From: the human T2T-CHM13v2.0 reference genome, Homo sapiens
DNA: 64,000 nt
Reading direction: 5' to 3' (one strand)
Assembly (NCBI RefSeq): GCF_009914755.1
Contig: NC_060938.1
Of the stretch, positions 29,571 to 45,710 are shown piece by piece. Under the pieces are notes generated by a model. That model made no database searches and was not told where the DNA came from. It worked only from the letters and a program-made list of their open reading frames with translations. Position 1 is the first letter of the stretch. Every line of letters starts with the position of its first letter. Both the position numbers and the translations under genes were made by a program.

Positions 29571-30569
29571 AATAACGTGATAACTGATGGTGTGATCAGT
29601 TCTATTATCATCTCCCTGCAGAAATCACAGTTTATCTAAGGTTATAGTAAAAGCACCCATCATGACTTCTTTTAATCATAAAGCATTTCATGCAGAGTGC
29701 ATATTTTAACTTTGTATTCTAAAGGCATTGGTGTCTCACTAAAAGCTGGGCAGTATTTATATCAAACAGTATATCATCTATGTGTTCATTTATGCATGCA
29801 GACTTTCACCCCCCTCCAAGCTATGAGAACAATAGGCGCTTTAAAAGTCTGAAGCAAGAAGGATATTAGCTCCATGAATCTTTATTTTAAATTACATTTC
29901 TGAGTTAGAAGTGTCAAAATGGTAGAACAAGTTAAGCAAGATTGCATTCCCCAGTAGGGCTATTGATGTTGGTTGCAAATAAATTGCTGGAGCAGGTGAT
30001 GATAGCAAAGTCCATGCCATCTTTTATTTAGCAAAGTATTTCTCTTGTTAACAGCTCCTTCTGCATGCTTTCCTTTCTTCTGTTTCACATCAATCATATT
30101 TGACACATTGCCCAATGTCAGGGTAAAAAAAAAATGCAGCGTCTGGCTAATCATCCAGATGTTTGGCCTCACACTGACTGAAACATCTGGTTGTGTAGCT
30201 AAATGTTATGTTCTTTCATCCAGTTATTTTGTGTTCTGTTAGACAGAACTGAAGAATAAACCCTAGGATCTTCTTCTATTAGGATAAAGCTTATAGAATC
30301 TCGAACTTGAGATTCCAGAACCAAGGCCTTACTGGTTCTCATAGTTGCACAGCTGTCAGCAGAATCCGGATCAATTGAGATAATGTGTGTGGAAGCATTA
30401 TATAGTATGTGGAGGCATTATATGGATTTGAGAAGCTCATGTTAAAAGAATTCTACTCCCTTTACTTGGTTATACAATGGCCAAAGAATGTTTGTCTTCT
30501 GGAAAGAAGTTTTAAAACAGAATAAAAATTAATTGGTGTTAGAAGCCAAGATTTCAGAGCTAGACCAAT

Positions 30570-30985
30570 AATAATAACAGCTAAGATATGTCTGATGCTA
30601 ACTCTGATCCATGAACTCTTCTAAGTGCTCTGCATAGATGTAAAAACAATCCTTTGAAGTGGACCCTACTCTTTTTTTCCATTTTACAAATGAAGTAACT
30701 AAGGATGAGAGTGCAGTTAACAATTTACCCCAGTTCAGAAGCTCAAAATTTGGATTCAGACAATTTGATTTCAGAGTCTACGTATTTAACTTGTAAACTT
30801 CCTCTGAAATCAAAATGTTTATTCAGCTTCCAACACCATCACTTATTAAACTTGGTTTTGTCACCTTAAAGTGGGGATAGCATGACATACCTTAAAAGGA
30901 TTGTTGTAAAGGTTAATTGAAAGGATGCATGTAAAACATTTAACAATGTTGTTTTTTGGTAAGTAGTAAGTAAAAGTAGCTATTT
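30570..30985. mobile_element. Two MIR fragments in opposite orientation (~30570-30800 minus, ~30840-30985 plus)
   Basis: ccattttacaaatgaagtaactaagg; taaagtggggatag...gttgtaaaggttaattga. Confidence 0.55.
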
Positions 30986-33900
30986 TTTCTCTATGTTATG
31001 CAATATTTGGAATCAAATATTTCAATACTAATTTAAATAATATATTCTAATAATCTCACTTTCTGAAAATTCATTCAATATAATTTTTTTTTCTTGGAAG
31101 AACATTCCTAGCAGGTTAAGCACTTTTGATCAACTCTTGATATAGGCTGTTCTTAAAATAATTGGAAGTCCACAAATTATATGTTTCTGGAAACTATTCT
31201 GAATATGGAAAATTATATTCCTTTTTCTTTTTAATGAACATATAATGAGTATGTATTAAGGGGAAGATATATGCTGAGCTTCCTCTTGCCTTCCTTTTCT
31301 CCCCCTTCATTTCTGTCACCCTGCCTTTCCTATCTTCACAATGGTCCTGTACAGTAAACTTTGTTTGCTTTTGCATTTGAACTTTAGGAATCAAGGTTTT
31401 TAAAGAAGCTGCATCATGTATCATAAATAAAAACGAAAAAAATGAAGTGTAATATTTTAAACTGTTTTAGAACATGAGGCTCAGTGTTCTATCCAACAGG
31501 CTATGAAATATTGCTGTTACTAATAAGTATGATGATGAAAGCCACTGATTCTTGGACAACTACTATATGCCTGACATATTGCTGGGTGCTTTGCATACAT
31601 TTTCTCATTTAACGCTTAGAAGTTCTTGTGATTGACACTTGGGTATCATGAGCAACTTTGCTCACCATTTTTTCCTATGGTCCGGCGTCTTTAGTCACTT
31701 GTATTACTGTTGTTCAGAGTGACCTTTATTTGATTCATTTACCTTTCAGAATCTTCTATTACTCATGTATGAGGACCACACATTTATAATTAGGGAGTAA
31801 ATTTGGTCATCAACTCGGATAAGGCAATGGGCAAATCTGACATGTTTTCAAAGACTTTTCAGTATGCTAACTTTCAGTAGGGCTGGCTTCTATAACAGCT
31901 ACGACATCTTTTGTCAACACTCAGGCTGATTAAATTGCAAGATTATAATGTTTTCCGACCCTAAGTGAAAGTGACACATTCTTGTTCTTTTAGTGGCTTC
32001 ATAAAAGTCAAATGTTTAATCTCAGGAGGAAATTTAAAAGATGGAAGTAAAACCTTAATGAGATGCAACATAAATAATAGAAGTCCCTTTGCGTGAAATG
32101 ACTTGTGATGAGGTTTCTTCAAAGGAACAAACTATAAAATGGAGTGTTTCAGAAACCTAAAATACACTAGTAAACACTGCGTTTTAAAAATATGGTATCA
32201 ATGATACTCAGCATTCAGTAAATAAAAAGAGTTAGACAACTGGTGTCTGTAAAAATGTTAATTTTCCAAAACACTATAAATGTATCACCAAAAAATAAAC
32301 ATTTTTTAAAAAAATTAGGTGACTATTTTCATGAATTTTTAGTCCATGAAACCTGAGGAGTTACTTGACCACAGCAAAGATTCTTTCTAATCCTTTATCC
32401 AGCCTTTTGTGCAATAGTACCTCCTGTTCCACTCACATTTCACATGCCTGTATGCATGTACATTCAGATGTGCCTGTCTTTGTCTCCCAGTGCTTGTTAC
32501 ACAGAAGGTATTCAAGAAATGGTAGCCATTCTCACAATATCATTCCTATTACCATTTAAAAATGTATGTGGAAAAGGGTAAAGTGCAAACCTGGGTTGTT
32601 AAAATACCGGAAGGATATCTATAATTTAACACCAGTTCATTTTTGTTTTCAAATCACTCCAAAATGCCCTCACTTATTGGTTTAGAAATAATGTAACAAA
32701 ACAAATTGTGTTGTGTCTCCAAAGAACATTTTGCTAAGTGCCAGAGCTGTATATAACACTAAAGTAGATGCTGACATATGAGGATTGTGAGAGATGAATG
32801 GTGATATTTGGCTTTTGCTTCCCAAGTATAGGTCGTGTCCGAGGTATAGATAATTGTTGTTGGTTTATGATAATTCGACTTGCGGAGTTAGGTCAGTCAG
32901 CATAGATGCATATTTTTTGGATGGTTTTTTAACAATGTTGCTTAAAATTTTAAATCAGATTATTTGCCAAAGGGGGGTGACAAGATTTGGTTATTAGCAA
33001 AAAGGAAAATATTAATCTAGATTTGTTTGGTCTTAGTACTGATTATGAATAAGTCATCAATAGTTAATGATAAGGAATCAGTCTGCTGTGCCATATTGGT
33101 AGATGAAATGCTGCTACTCCTCCTATTCCTGGGCTTTTCTGCCCCCCACCCCCTTCCTTCCCTCCTTCCTCTGTCCCTCCAACTCTTCTTCACATCTCCC
33201 AACTCCCCCAATTCACTTCTTTTCCACTGCATGCCATGTTACCCTATGCCTAGTTATGATCCTAATTGTAACCCTAGTTAGAGTAGACACAAAGTAAACT
33301 CAGGAGCAGGGATTATAAAGCTCAAAATTGTTCCTCGGCTCCGCATTTTGTGTTTATTAACCTATTTTACCCTTGCAGCAACTCCAAGCAAGTCTGTAAA
33401 TTTTAGCATTGAGAGTTCTCCATTTTGTGAGACCCCTCTGTCTGGTCAAAGTGGGATGACAGTTGGTCACTATAGCATTCAATAATTATCCACTATGGTT
33501 ATTTTTATTCTTACAGCTTTTATTGAAAGTTTCTTTTTAACCATAGTGCCAAAGACAAAATAAACAATAAATATTAATGATTTTCTTGGCTTCTATTTAT
33601 GATATTGTTATTTTACTTTTAAATTCTTTGGTATCTTCTGCCCTTTCATCTTTTCTGTTCTGTTCAGTCAAGACTTAGCTGATCCTATCTCAACCTCAAA
33701 CATATCTTTTCTATTTCATCTCTTGACTAGTTAGAAACTTTCACGGCAGCTAAAATCTCCCACACAAATCTGAGTAAAGAAACCCTAGAGGTCAAAGATT
33801 GTAGTGTAAATAAAAGTATTTTCCTTTATATATGATATAATTTATATGTGTTATATAATATGAAGTCTCAATTAGAATAGGGAAAATGAAATTCAATAAT

Positions 33901-34620
33901 TATTAGAGTATTATTTGCGAAGTGTTCTGCTAATATTTTTCCTCCTATTAATCAAAATTAGTTTTGTATTTTTTTTCCATAGCAAAGTAGTCTAACAATA
34001 GAGAAGAATGTCTTTTAAAAGACTAAATTAGGTGAAATCTATTCTTTTTGTTAAATTATCCTAATGTAAAACCAGGTGGCCTGATTAAAACTAGCCTTCT
34101 TTGCTGCCTCCTACTGTTTCAAGAAAAAGGTCGCCTTAACACTTAGTTTCTCTTGCTGTCTTTTGTTTGGAGTATGTGTGGGGGTGTGTTATTTATGCAG
34201 GCATAGCTCCTCATTATGGGAACTCCAAGAGCCTGATTGTGACTGTTTTTTAATGCCGCCTGCTGTGTTGTCCTTAAACTCTTGCTTTTCCTGGAATGCA
34301 CAACTTTCTCCCAGCTCCTGGTTTAGCCATTGGTGTCATGTCTTCATGCTGCATCCTTGTGCCTCTGAAATCGTGTTCAAAAGAGTGTTTATGTTTCAAA
34401 TTCATCCACAGTCTCACCACATTTAAAGATAATTGCAGAAGGTAAAACACTATTAATAGGAACAAATTTACTAGCATCTCTTTTACTATGTGTCTTATGC
34501 ATAAAGCAGTTTCTGGTTGTTGGGTTATACAGTGCCTATTGTGATAGTCTATTCTACCTTCACCTCCCGCCCCACTGCCTCCCCATTTAACTAAAGCTCC
34601 TGCTGATATGTTCAATTTAC

Positions 34621-34919
34621 TTTTTTTTCTTTTTTTTGAAATGGAGTCTGGCTCTGTTGCCCAGGCTGAAGTGCAGTGATGCGATCTTGGATCACTGCAA
34701 CCTAAGCCTCCTGGGGTTCAAGTGATTCTGCTGCCTCAGCTTCTGGAGTAGCTGAGACTACAGGTGGGTGCCACCAGGCCTAGCTAATTTTTGTATTTTT
34801 AGTAGAGGCAGAGTTTCACTTTGTGGCGAGGCTGGTCTCGAACTCCTCACCTCAAGTGATCTGCCCACCTCGTCCTCCCAAAGTGCTGGGATTAGAGACG
34901 TGAGCCACTGAGCCCAGCC
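34621..34919 (-). mobile_element. AluSx/Sz SINE
   Basis: full antisense Alu; 15-bp TSD tgatatgttcaattt at 34604-34618 and 34920-34934. Confidence 0.95.
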
Positions 34920-35331
34920 TGATATGTTCAATTTGATAAATGAATGTGTTGAAAGATATAAAATGTGTTAATCCCTAATTGCATGTGGCTGTGATATTTA
35001 ATATGGCTGATTCTAATGGAGTTTGTAACTTATGGGGAACACTATGAATGGGATATTATAAATATTTGTATGAAGTAATACAAGAGACATTTCAACAGAA
35101 AACCATGTGATCTATGCCCTCCATCATTATTTTCTTTCTGTGTAACAAATGACCAAGTAAAAGTAGTGAATTAAAATATGAGTAAGTCTATTTTCACAGT
35201 ATTCATAATTTATTATAAACTTCTTTTTTAAAAAAATAAAAAAAATTAACTTCTATTCCTTTAACAAAGCAAAGCAAACCAACATTATTATCAGCTAATG
35301 CCATTTGATTTCGGTTTGGTTTGGTCAGTCT

Positions 35332-35405
35332 CAGGGTGGCCAATCATTTAAGTTTTCTGGGACTGTTCCAATTTAAGCACTGAAAGTTTCACTTCCTGGG
35401 AAAAC
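35332..35405. mobile_element. MER81/MER94-like hAT MITE fragment
   Basis: cagggtggccaa...ctgggactgttcc...gcactgaaagt...cctgggaaa. Confidence 0.55.
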
Positions 35406-36172
35406 ACACACTCCTTTGAGTATTTACCGTTGACTTCCAGGTGACCCACTTAAGGGCTTCTTCCAGAAGGGCAGGCAATAAGACTATCAAGACTCTTCAA
35501 AGCACTCTTCCCCAAAGCCATTAGATGAGGTCCAATTTTCTCAGCTTGATATTTCTGAGAACTGCTCTTCCTTTATTTCCAGGATTTAAGAAAAATAAAA
35601 TAAACTGATATATATATACATACCTTTAGAAGGATTCAGAAAAGAAGAAATGGCCGTTTCACCCCAATATGTCACTATAGATATGAATGCCACTCATAGA
35701 ATTGACACGTCATGTTTTTAACTTCTGTGCTTTAGGATTTTCCTGTTTGAATTGTTTATGTGCATGTGATTTTGGTGGAATTTCTTCCCCTTTCCTCTGT
35801 TCCTTGCTCCTTCTTTTGCTCAGTCAGCATAGGAACATAGCTCCCACACTAGGAAGGGCTGGAGGTTAGTAACATCAAGCAGTGGGCTTTCAAGTTAGTT
35901 TGCACCTTGGTTTGGAAGTGTTTGCTCAGGTCTCAGATACACAGGAGACTGTGTAATCACTCTTGTGGCATCTACTACACACAGCACGTGAGTTATTCCT
36001 AAACTGAGCACAGGCTCCTGGGTGGTGAATCCTAGTCTTTTTATCTCCTGCAGGCTAAGCCTTGGTATTTCCTTCAGATTACACCAAAACCAAAATAATG
36101 GGCAATGTTGTCCCTGAATGTTCAAATTAGGTTGAGTACACAGAGCCAAAGACTATCAAAAGAAAGTGTCCT

Positions 36173-36573
<401 letters not shown>

Positions 36574-36718
36574 TGTCCTAAAAGAAGTGGTGGTACCTGT
36601 GGGGCGTGTTTGGTGTCAGAGTGTTTCTGCTAAGGTTATTTTAATTAGCCTCCTCCCAAAGCCCTCCCCCTATTCTCCTTGAGGAACTGTTTGACCGTCA
36701 CATCCTTAGAAAGGCCAA

Positions 36719-37261
36719 ACCACTACTAACTCTCCTGACCCTCTGCCTTATCCTCATACCCTTAAAGATGTGACTTAAAAGAGAAAAAATTATGTTGTTA
36801 ATTTCATCAACTAGGGCAAAGGGGAAAAATGTTCATTTCGATGCAGGAAGTTAATGGGAGATGGGAGGAAGCTACGGTTACAATTCCCATAATACATTAA
36901 TGTATATTTAATATACCACCTTGATTTGTGGCCTCAAGTTAAATAACTACATATGTTTGCAGCATAATTCTTTTCATAATTGTGTAGCCTCAATGGGATA
37001 ACATTTGTATTAGTTTCCATAATCGAAAATGTCAAATGCCTGTTTCCACCTTCCAAGTATTTTGGTTTTAGGTAGCAAAGACAATTCTTTCAATGCGTAT
37101 CTGTTCTCATTAAGTTCTGATTGCTTTATAAAGAAATAAAGTCTTTTCCCATTGTTCTGCTCTGTGGAAGTCACCTTCAGAGTAAGGGTGGGGGTGACTG
37201 TCCTTGCCAATTTTTAAGTAACTGCCTTGCAAGGGTGATTCCCTACAGAGTTATTTTCTGC
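36719..37261 (+). repeat. Inverted-repeat arm A (non-repeat-looking source sequence, 543 bp)
   Basis: reverse complement of 37681-38224; ~8 substitutions plus a small junction indel by manual alignment. Confidence 0.97.
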
Positions 37262-37465
37262 ATAGTTTCCCTCTGGGTACAGAATGTGGGAAAGTAGATG
37301 CAACGCATTTTAGAGTAGTCATTTGCTCTAATAATTAGCATTATAGTACAGTGTATGGGCTGGCTTCCTGTTGAGGTCTAGATTTCTACATATAATGTAG
37401 GTTTTTCTATTCTGTCCTATATTAATTTCATTGGAGTTACTCTTTATCAGAGCAAACATCCGTAA

Positions 37466-38307
<842 letters not shown>

Positions 38308-38689
38308 ATTTGTAATATTTACAGAGCATTGCTCTTTTTCTTATCATGGAAAGTTATTCCAATATCTATTCATTCTATACACATTTATTAAGCATCTACT
38401 ATGTGCCAATGTTAAAGAGGTGAAAGTGTAACCTTGGCCCTCAGACTGACTTTTTGCAGGTTATGCTGAAAGATGAATGCTCAGTAATAGCTCGTGCCTT
38501 AAGACGTGGCCGAGCAAGCTTTGGAGGTAAAATAGCTCATAGAGTTTTTATTTATTTATTTATTCTTTAAAAATGGTCACAAAGATTTCAGATAAAAAAT
38601 CTGAGTATGGCTAAATTATTTTTCTTAGGTAAACATAGGAGGCAAGAGATTAAAAGGGTGGGAGAAACATTAATTAGGCTATGCTCTTA

Positions 38690-38835
38690 TCAAGTAGTGT
38701 GACCTTAGCGAATTTACCTAATCTTTTTGAACCTCAGTGTCCTCATTTATAAAATGGAGGCATAACTTTTTATGAAGATTAAGATAATGTGTGAACAATC
38801 TGTGCAGTAGTAGTTGCTCAGTAAATGGTAGTGAT
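38690..38835 (+). mobile_element. MIR SINE
   Basis: gtgtgaccttagc...cctcagtgtcctcatttataaaatgg. Confidence 0.7.
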
Positions 38836-39276
38836 TTTCACATGTATTTGGACTATTGTAGAATATAGAAAAGAATATCATGCAAACTCTAGTCCTTTAA
38901 ATATGAGTGAGGAAGAGGAATCACCTGTGTGTATGTGATTAAAGCTGTTAGCTATGATGAAGGCAGGGTGATTTTTCTCTGAAGGGTAATTCGAGTACAG
39001 AGATATTACTTTGAAGAAGTAATATGTTAAATGAAATCATTGGGGCTGAAAGTGGTAACAACATTCTGGGAAAGGAGCCGTTTACTCTCTTCACCTCTAA
39101 GATAAACCATAATGCATGCATGTATTTAATAAACTGTGATAGCTAGAGCTGTTTCACTGGGGCATCAGTAAGCTATCCTCAACCCCCTTTTCTTTTCTTC
39201 CAGCTTTTCACTTCCAACCCCCTAAGTTTTATCAGAATTAGTTAATACTGAGTCCAGCTGAATACATTGCTTGTTA

Positions 39277-39795
<519 letters not shown>

Positions 39796-39820
39796 CTATG
39801 ACTTTGCATTCTTGCTATAA

Positions 39821-40234
<414 letters not shown>

Positions 40235-40894
40235 AAGAAATACAATAAACAAAGTATCTTTTATTTTGGCTACGTAGTTATGTTGAGGGTCATTCATCGT
40301 CCTCCAGTTTAGCCTATTTGGAACGGTACTGGTTAATCTCAATAAACAAATAACATTGTCAGTTTAATTGTTCAATTATTGGAGGGAAATAAATATATAT
40401 TAACCTAAATGTTAAATTCTGCAGGAAAAAAACTGATTAGACATAGACAATATCAACATGGGTTTGTTAAATAACTTGCCTTCCAACAGGACCCAACCAG
40501 AAATTGGAACCTATGTTTCATAGAAACATGATTCTTAGAAATGATCTTTACACAATTGTAAAACAAAGGGAAGATTATGTGACGCAGATGCCAAGAAATC
40601 AGACCTAGGCACCATGTACAAGTATACAAGCAATGCCGAGTTCATCAGTCCCATGGCTGCTGCTAAATTGGGCTTTATCCCCAGCAAATTAACACAGTTC
40701 CAGCAGGCACGATAAGTTTACTCTGACCAGATTACTGGGTTGAATGGCATATGCCGTTATTTTAGAAAGATGCAGAATAACATTTCCATTTAGAGTCCTG
40801 GCAGAACAAAGCTTGGATTTGGGCAATAGATAAAAACACATAGAGAGTATTTGCAGATGCATGTGATAGATAGAAATGGTGAGTGACCATTTAG

Positions 40895-41221
<327 letters not shown>

Positions 41222-43272
41222 TGATATTTCCTAGAGCAGTGTGGCTCATTTAGATTGAAATATCTGTCAGAAGCTATATACCAGTTCCATTGATTTCAAC
41301 ATTAAAATGTCTCCACATATTCTTCCGCATCCTTCTTCCAGCTCATAGCTGTAATTAGTGTTATGCTCCATGGAGTGGCAGAAGACCAGCTGAACAAACA
41401 GCCATGTACGTAGGAACAGTTCCAGGCAGCTAAAAGAGCTTCTTCCTCACTTGCCACTATCTTAAATGGTATCTGGTGTCTACAGTTGCTCCTTCTACTT
41501 TCTTAAGAAAAAAAAAAAAAAAATCCAAATGGAAAAGAGGACTCTGAAGACAAATTAGTCCTTTACAATTATAATTTTATTTGATTTCAAAGCAGTACTT
41601 GGTATAGCACCAGTCCAAACAGATTGGAAGAATGATATTTTCATTCCAGCTCCTGCATAGAATATCTTTGTGCTTTTCAATTGCTTTAGGGAGCTTGCAA
41701 CAATAGAATCCTGTTAAATCTAACACCATTTTGAACTCTTCCTTGCCGATATTGTGATAAGAAATTTATACCTGGCCCAGGTTTATCTCTGTTGATAATG
41801 GGCTTCATGGCTATAGGGACATGTTGATATGGTGAGCTAGCACCTATCATTTTGACACCTACTCTTTAGTAGACATAGAGAATAATGGGTGCTTGGGGTA
41901 AAGTGCTGGAGAAGAGTGTCAGCAGTCAGTGTGTATGAACCTAGTGATGGATGTCTCTGTGTTTGTGCTGTGGCCATATCTGTATGGCTATCATTCTTTC
42001 TTCCTCTTCTCATTTCTTTTAATTTTCCTTCAACAGTCTTTCATTTGTTGCTTCAATTCACTCCATTTCTCCCCAGTTCTTCTTTTTTCTGTCTTCTATA
42101 ATTCTAGATAAAATTATGACATGACTTAAAATATCCTCCTTTTTTGTCCGTGATTGCTTTCAATGGTTCTAATGACCCCATTGGAAGTCTGGTGATTAGG
42201 CCCTGAGGGGCCACAGTAATGGAAACCTTGTGTTCAGCCTTCATAAGGGTGATCCAAAAATGTTATTACATTACTTACACCTCTTTCTGTAAGTATTTTT
42301 TCTTCATTCACTTCGAAGTATGGGATGCTTCCCATGTGCAGGAGAATTAGCTCATTCATAACTCAAAGGCAAGTAATTTCATGTTTTGCTATTTATAAGA
42401 GAGGAGTCTATCATGCAAGGATGCAAAGGAGTATGAAATCAGTCACAAATGTAGGAAATAAAAGGCAATAAGCTTCCATTAAACCAAACAAAAGAAAAAT
42501 TAATAATTAGGCAGTCTCTTTGCAAGTACATAATAATAATACTCTATTTTTCAATGAATCAATTAGGTAAAAATGAAACAGAAAATAAATGCAAAGAGAG
42601 CCCTCAAAAATATATCACTTTTACATATGTAATATAAGTTGAACATCTCATTAGAATAATGTGACTTTTTTAAAATTTATTTTTGCTTCCTAGAGTTCAT
42701 AAATCTTCAGGTGGTAAGTAGGGGTTCTTTAGCTATTCATAATGCAACTTGCTTAGGTTAATTAGTAGAGACCCTTTCCCTTCACAGCTGAATATGAGTG
42801 CCCCTACTTACTATTCAAAAATCCCCAAAACCAGCACTCTTCTATATATTGGTGCTTGGAAGAGATTGTATTTTTCATTGACCTGCAATATTAGGTATTT
42901 TATTATAAATAAAGTCTCAAACAGGCTTTATTTTATTTGTCAGATTCTCTTTTGGTTTCGTCTCATAAAATATTAGCTGAATAGTTATTATATAAAAAGG
43001 AAATGATCAGAATATCACATTTCGGGTGGTGGTGTTTAGTTTGTGGGTTCCTTCATGTGACGGGTTGAACTGGGTGGTAGAGAATTCTGAGTTCTGTACA
43101 ACAGAGTGATTGATTTCTCGGTTTGCATTTCTTGGCATCTGGCAGTGACACCACTGCAGACCGAGAGCAGAAAATGGACAGTAGGGAAAAATGCAACATT
43201 TCTACTTGGTCCAGCTGCCTTTGAAGGATGCTGATGTTTCATTTTTTATTTCTTACCCCAAACATATTTATT

Positions 43273-43283
43273 TGCTGAGTCAT
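43273..43283 (-). promoter_or_regulatory. Consensus NRF2/BACH-sMAF (ARE) motif ATGACTCAGCA
   Basis: tgctgagtcat with AT-rich flank; motif only, no functional data. Confidence 0.4.
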
Positions 43284-43345
43284 TAAATAGGGCAAGTGTT
43301 ATTTCTTTCTTTGTATTTGCCATCTCACCACAGAAGAGTTTTATT

Positions 43346-43660
<315 letters not shown>

Positions 43661-44064
43661 AGAAGAGTTTTATTAAACCATCTCGAATCGATATTGTTTT
43701 GGCACAAATTGCACTAATAACTTGAATATATAGTTTTGTTTTTTTAAAGGTGCCTTCAAAATCTGATACGTATAATGTATGTTAAAATTGATATTTCTGT
43801 GAAAGAGGTTAAGATCAGACCGCTTTCTGATTGCAGAGATAAAATTGATAGTTAACAAGTATTTATTAAACATCTATTATGTGACTAGTACTATGCTAGG
43901 GCATGATGAAAATGATTCAAGATGAACCATGCAAGCACCCCTCTCTTCAGCACCTCTGTGTGTAAAACATAAACAGAATGCTATGATTAACACTGAAAGG
44001 GTTCAGTCCGGGATACTTGGGATAAAAATCGGAGCACTGATAAGTTACTTGTCATGTACTTACT

Positions 44065-44470
44065 TTTTTAAAAATTTAAAATTTTTTAATTATGGGTACA
44101 TAATAAGTATATATGTATGGTATACATGTGATATTGTGATACAGGCATATAATGTGAAATATCACATCAAGATAATTGGAGTATTCATTACCTCAAGCAT
44201 TTACTGTTTCTTTGTGTTAGGAACATTCCAATTCCACTTTTTTAATTTTTAAAAATATGCAATACATAATTGTTGACTATAGTCACCCTGTTGTGCTATC
44301 AAATGCTAGATTTTATTCATTCTATCAATGTTTTTGCACCCGCTAACTGTCTCTACCTTTCCCTTCTCTCCCCAATACCCTTCCCAGCTTCTGGTAACTG
44401 TCATTCTACTCTCTATCTTCATGAGTTCAATTGTTTTAATTCTTAGCTCCCATATAAAAGTGAGAACATT
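44065..44470 (-). mobile_element. L1MA-type 3' end
   Basis: tatgggtacataata...cctcaagcattta...gactatagtcaccctgttgtgctatcaaat...ttagctcccatataaaagtgagaacat. Confidence 0.85.
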
Positions 44471-44739
44471 CCATGCACTTCTAATTTAGACTCTTCTCCT
44501 CTTTCTCTGTCTTCTTTTTTTCCATAGCTCACTAATTTTGGGCATCTCTTCTCATTTACAGTAGCTTGCTGCTCTTCATTCATTAATTATTACAATATAT
44601 AATTCTACCAAGAAGCCCAAAGAACTATAGTGTTTTTATGTCATTATTCTCAGTTCAGAAAGAAAGCATGTGTGTGGCACAGGGAAGGCATTTGAATGAA
44701 TGTATGCATTTTCTGGATAGCATTCTCGAACAGAGATTT

Positions 44740-45265
<526 letters not shown>

Positions 45266-45499
45266 TGGCAGGCTGAAGCTTATGTAGCACATATTTGACC
45301 TTCACATTTTATTAAGTCTAATTTTTTAAAGTTTTGTCTGTTCATTTACATGTGGAAGGATGATAGAAATATAGGAAGAGACATGACAGAAAGCTTGCCT
45401 AGGACTCAGATCAAGGATTCAGATTTCCCAATTCCGGCTTCAGGGCCCTGTTCTGTAACATCACATCAGGGAAAGGAAAATGAGAGAAAAGAAGAAAGA

Positions 45500-45710
45500 A
45501 TAAGAACTAATGTTAATTCATGTCAGACACAGTGCCAAAGATCTTTATTTGCATTATTGTTATTATTTTTTAAAAAATAAATAGACTAGCACGTAGCCCA
45601 GCTTACACACTTCTCATTGTATAGATGAGGAAACTGGGAATCAGTTAAACTTTATAACCACACCAAGATCATTGAGCTAGTAAGTGGCAGGCTTGGGATT
45701 TAAGAAAGCT
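45500..45710 (-). mobile_element. MIR SINE
   Basis: tatagatgaggaaactggga...gctagtaagtggcagg. Confidence 0.65.

Noticed and set aside
40614-40715. 33-aa ATG ORF with gcaccATG context (MYKYTSNAEFISPMAAAKLGF...)
   Set aside because: No promoter, splice or homology support; expected by chance
43002-43090. Possible C/D-box snoRNA (atgatca...ctga)
   Set aside because: C box is non-consensus, terminal stem is weak, no guide complementarity recognised
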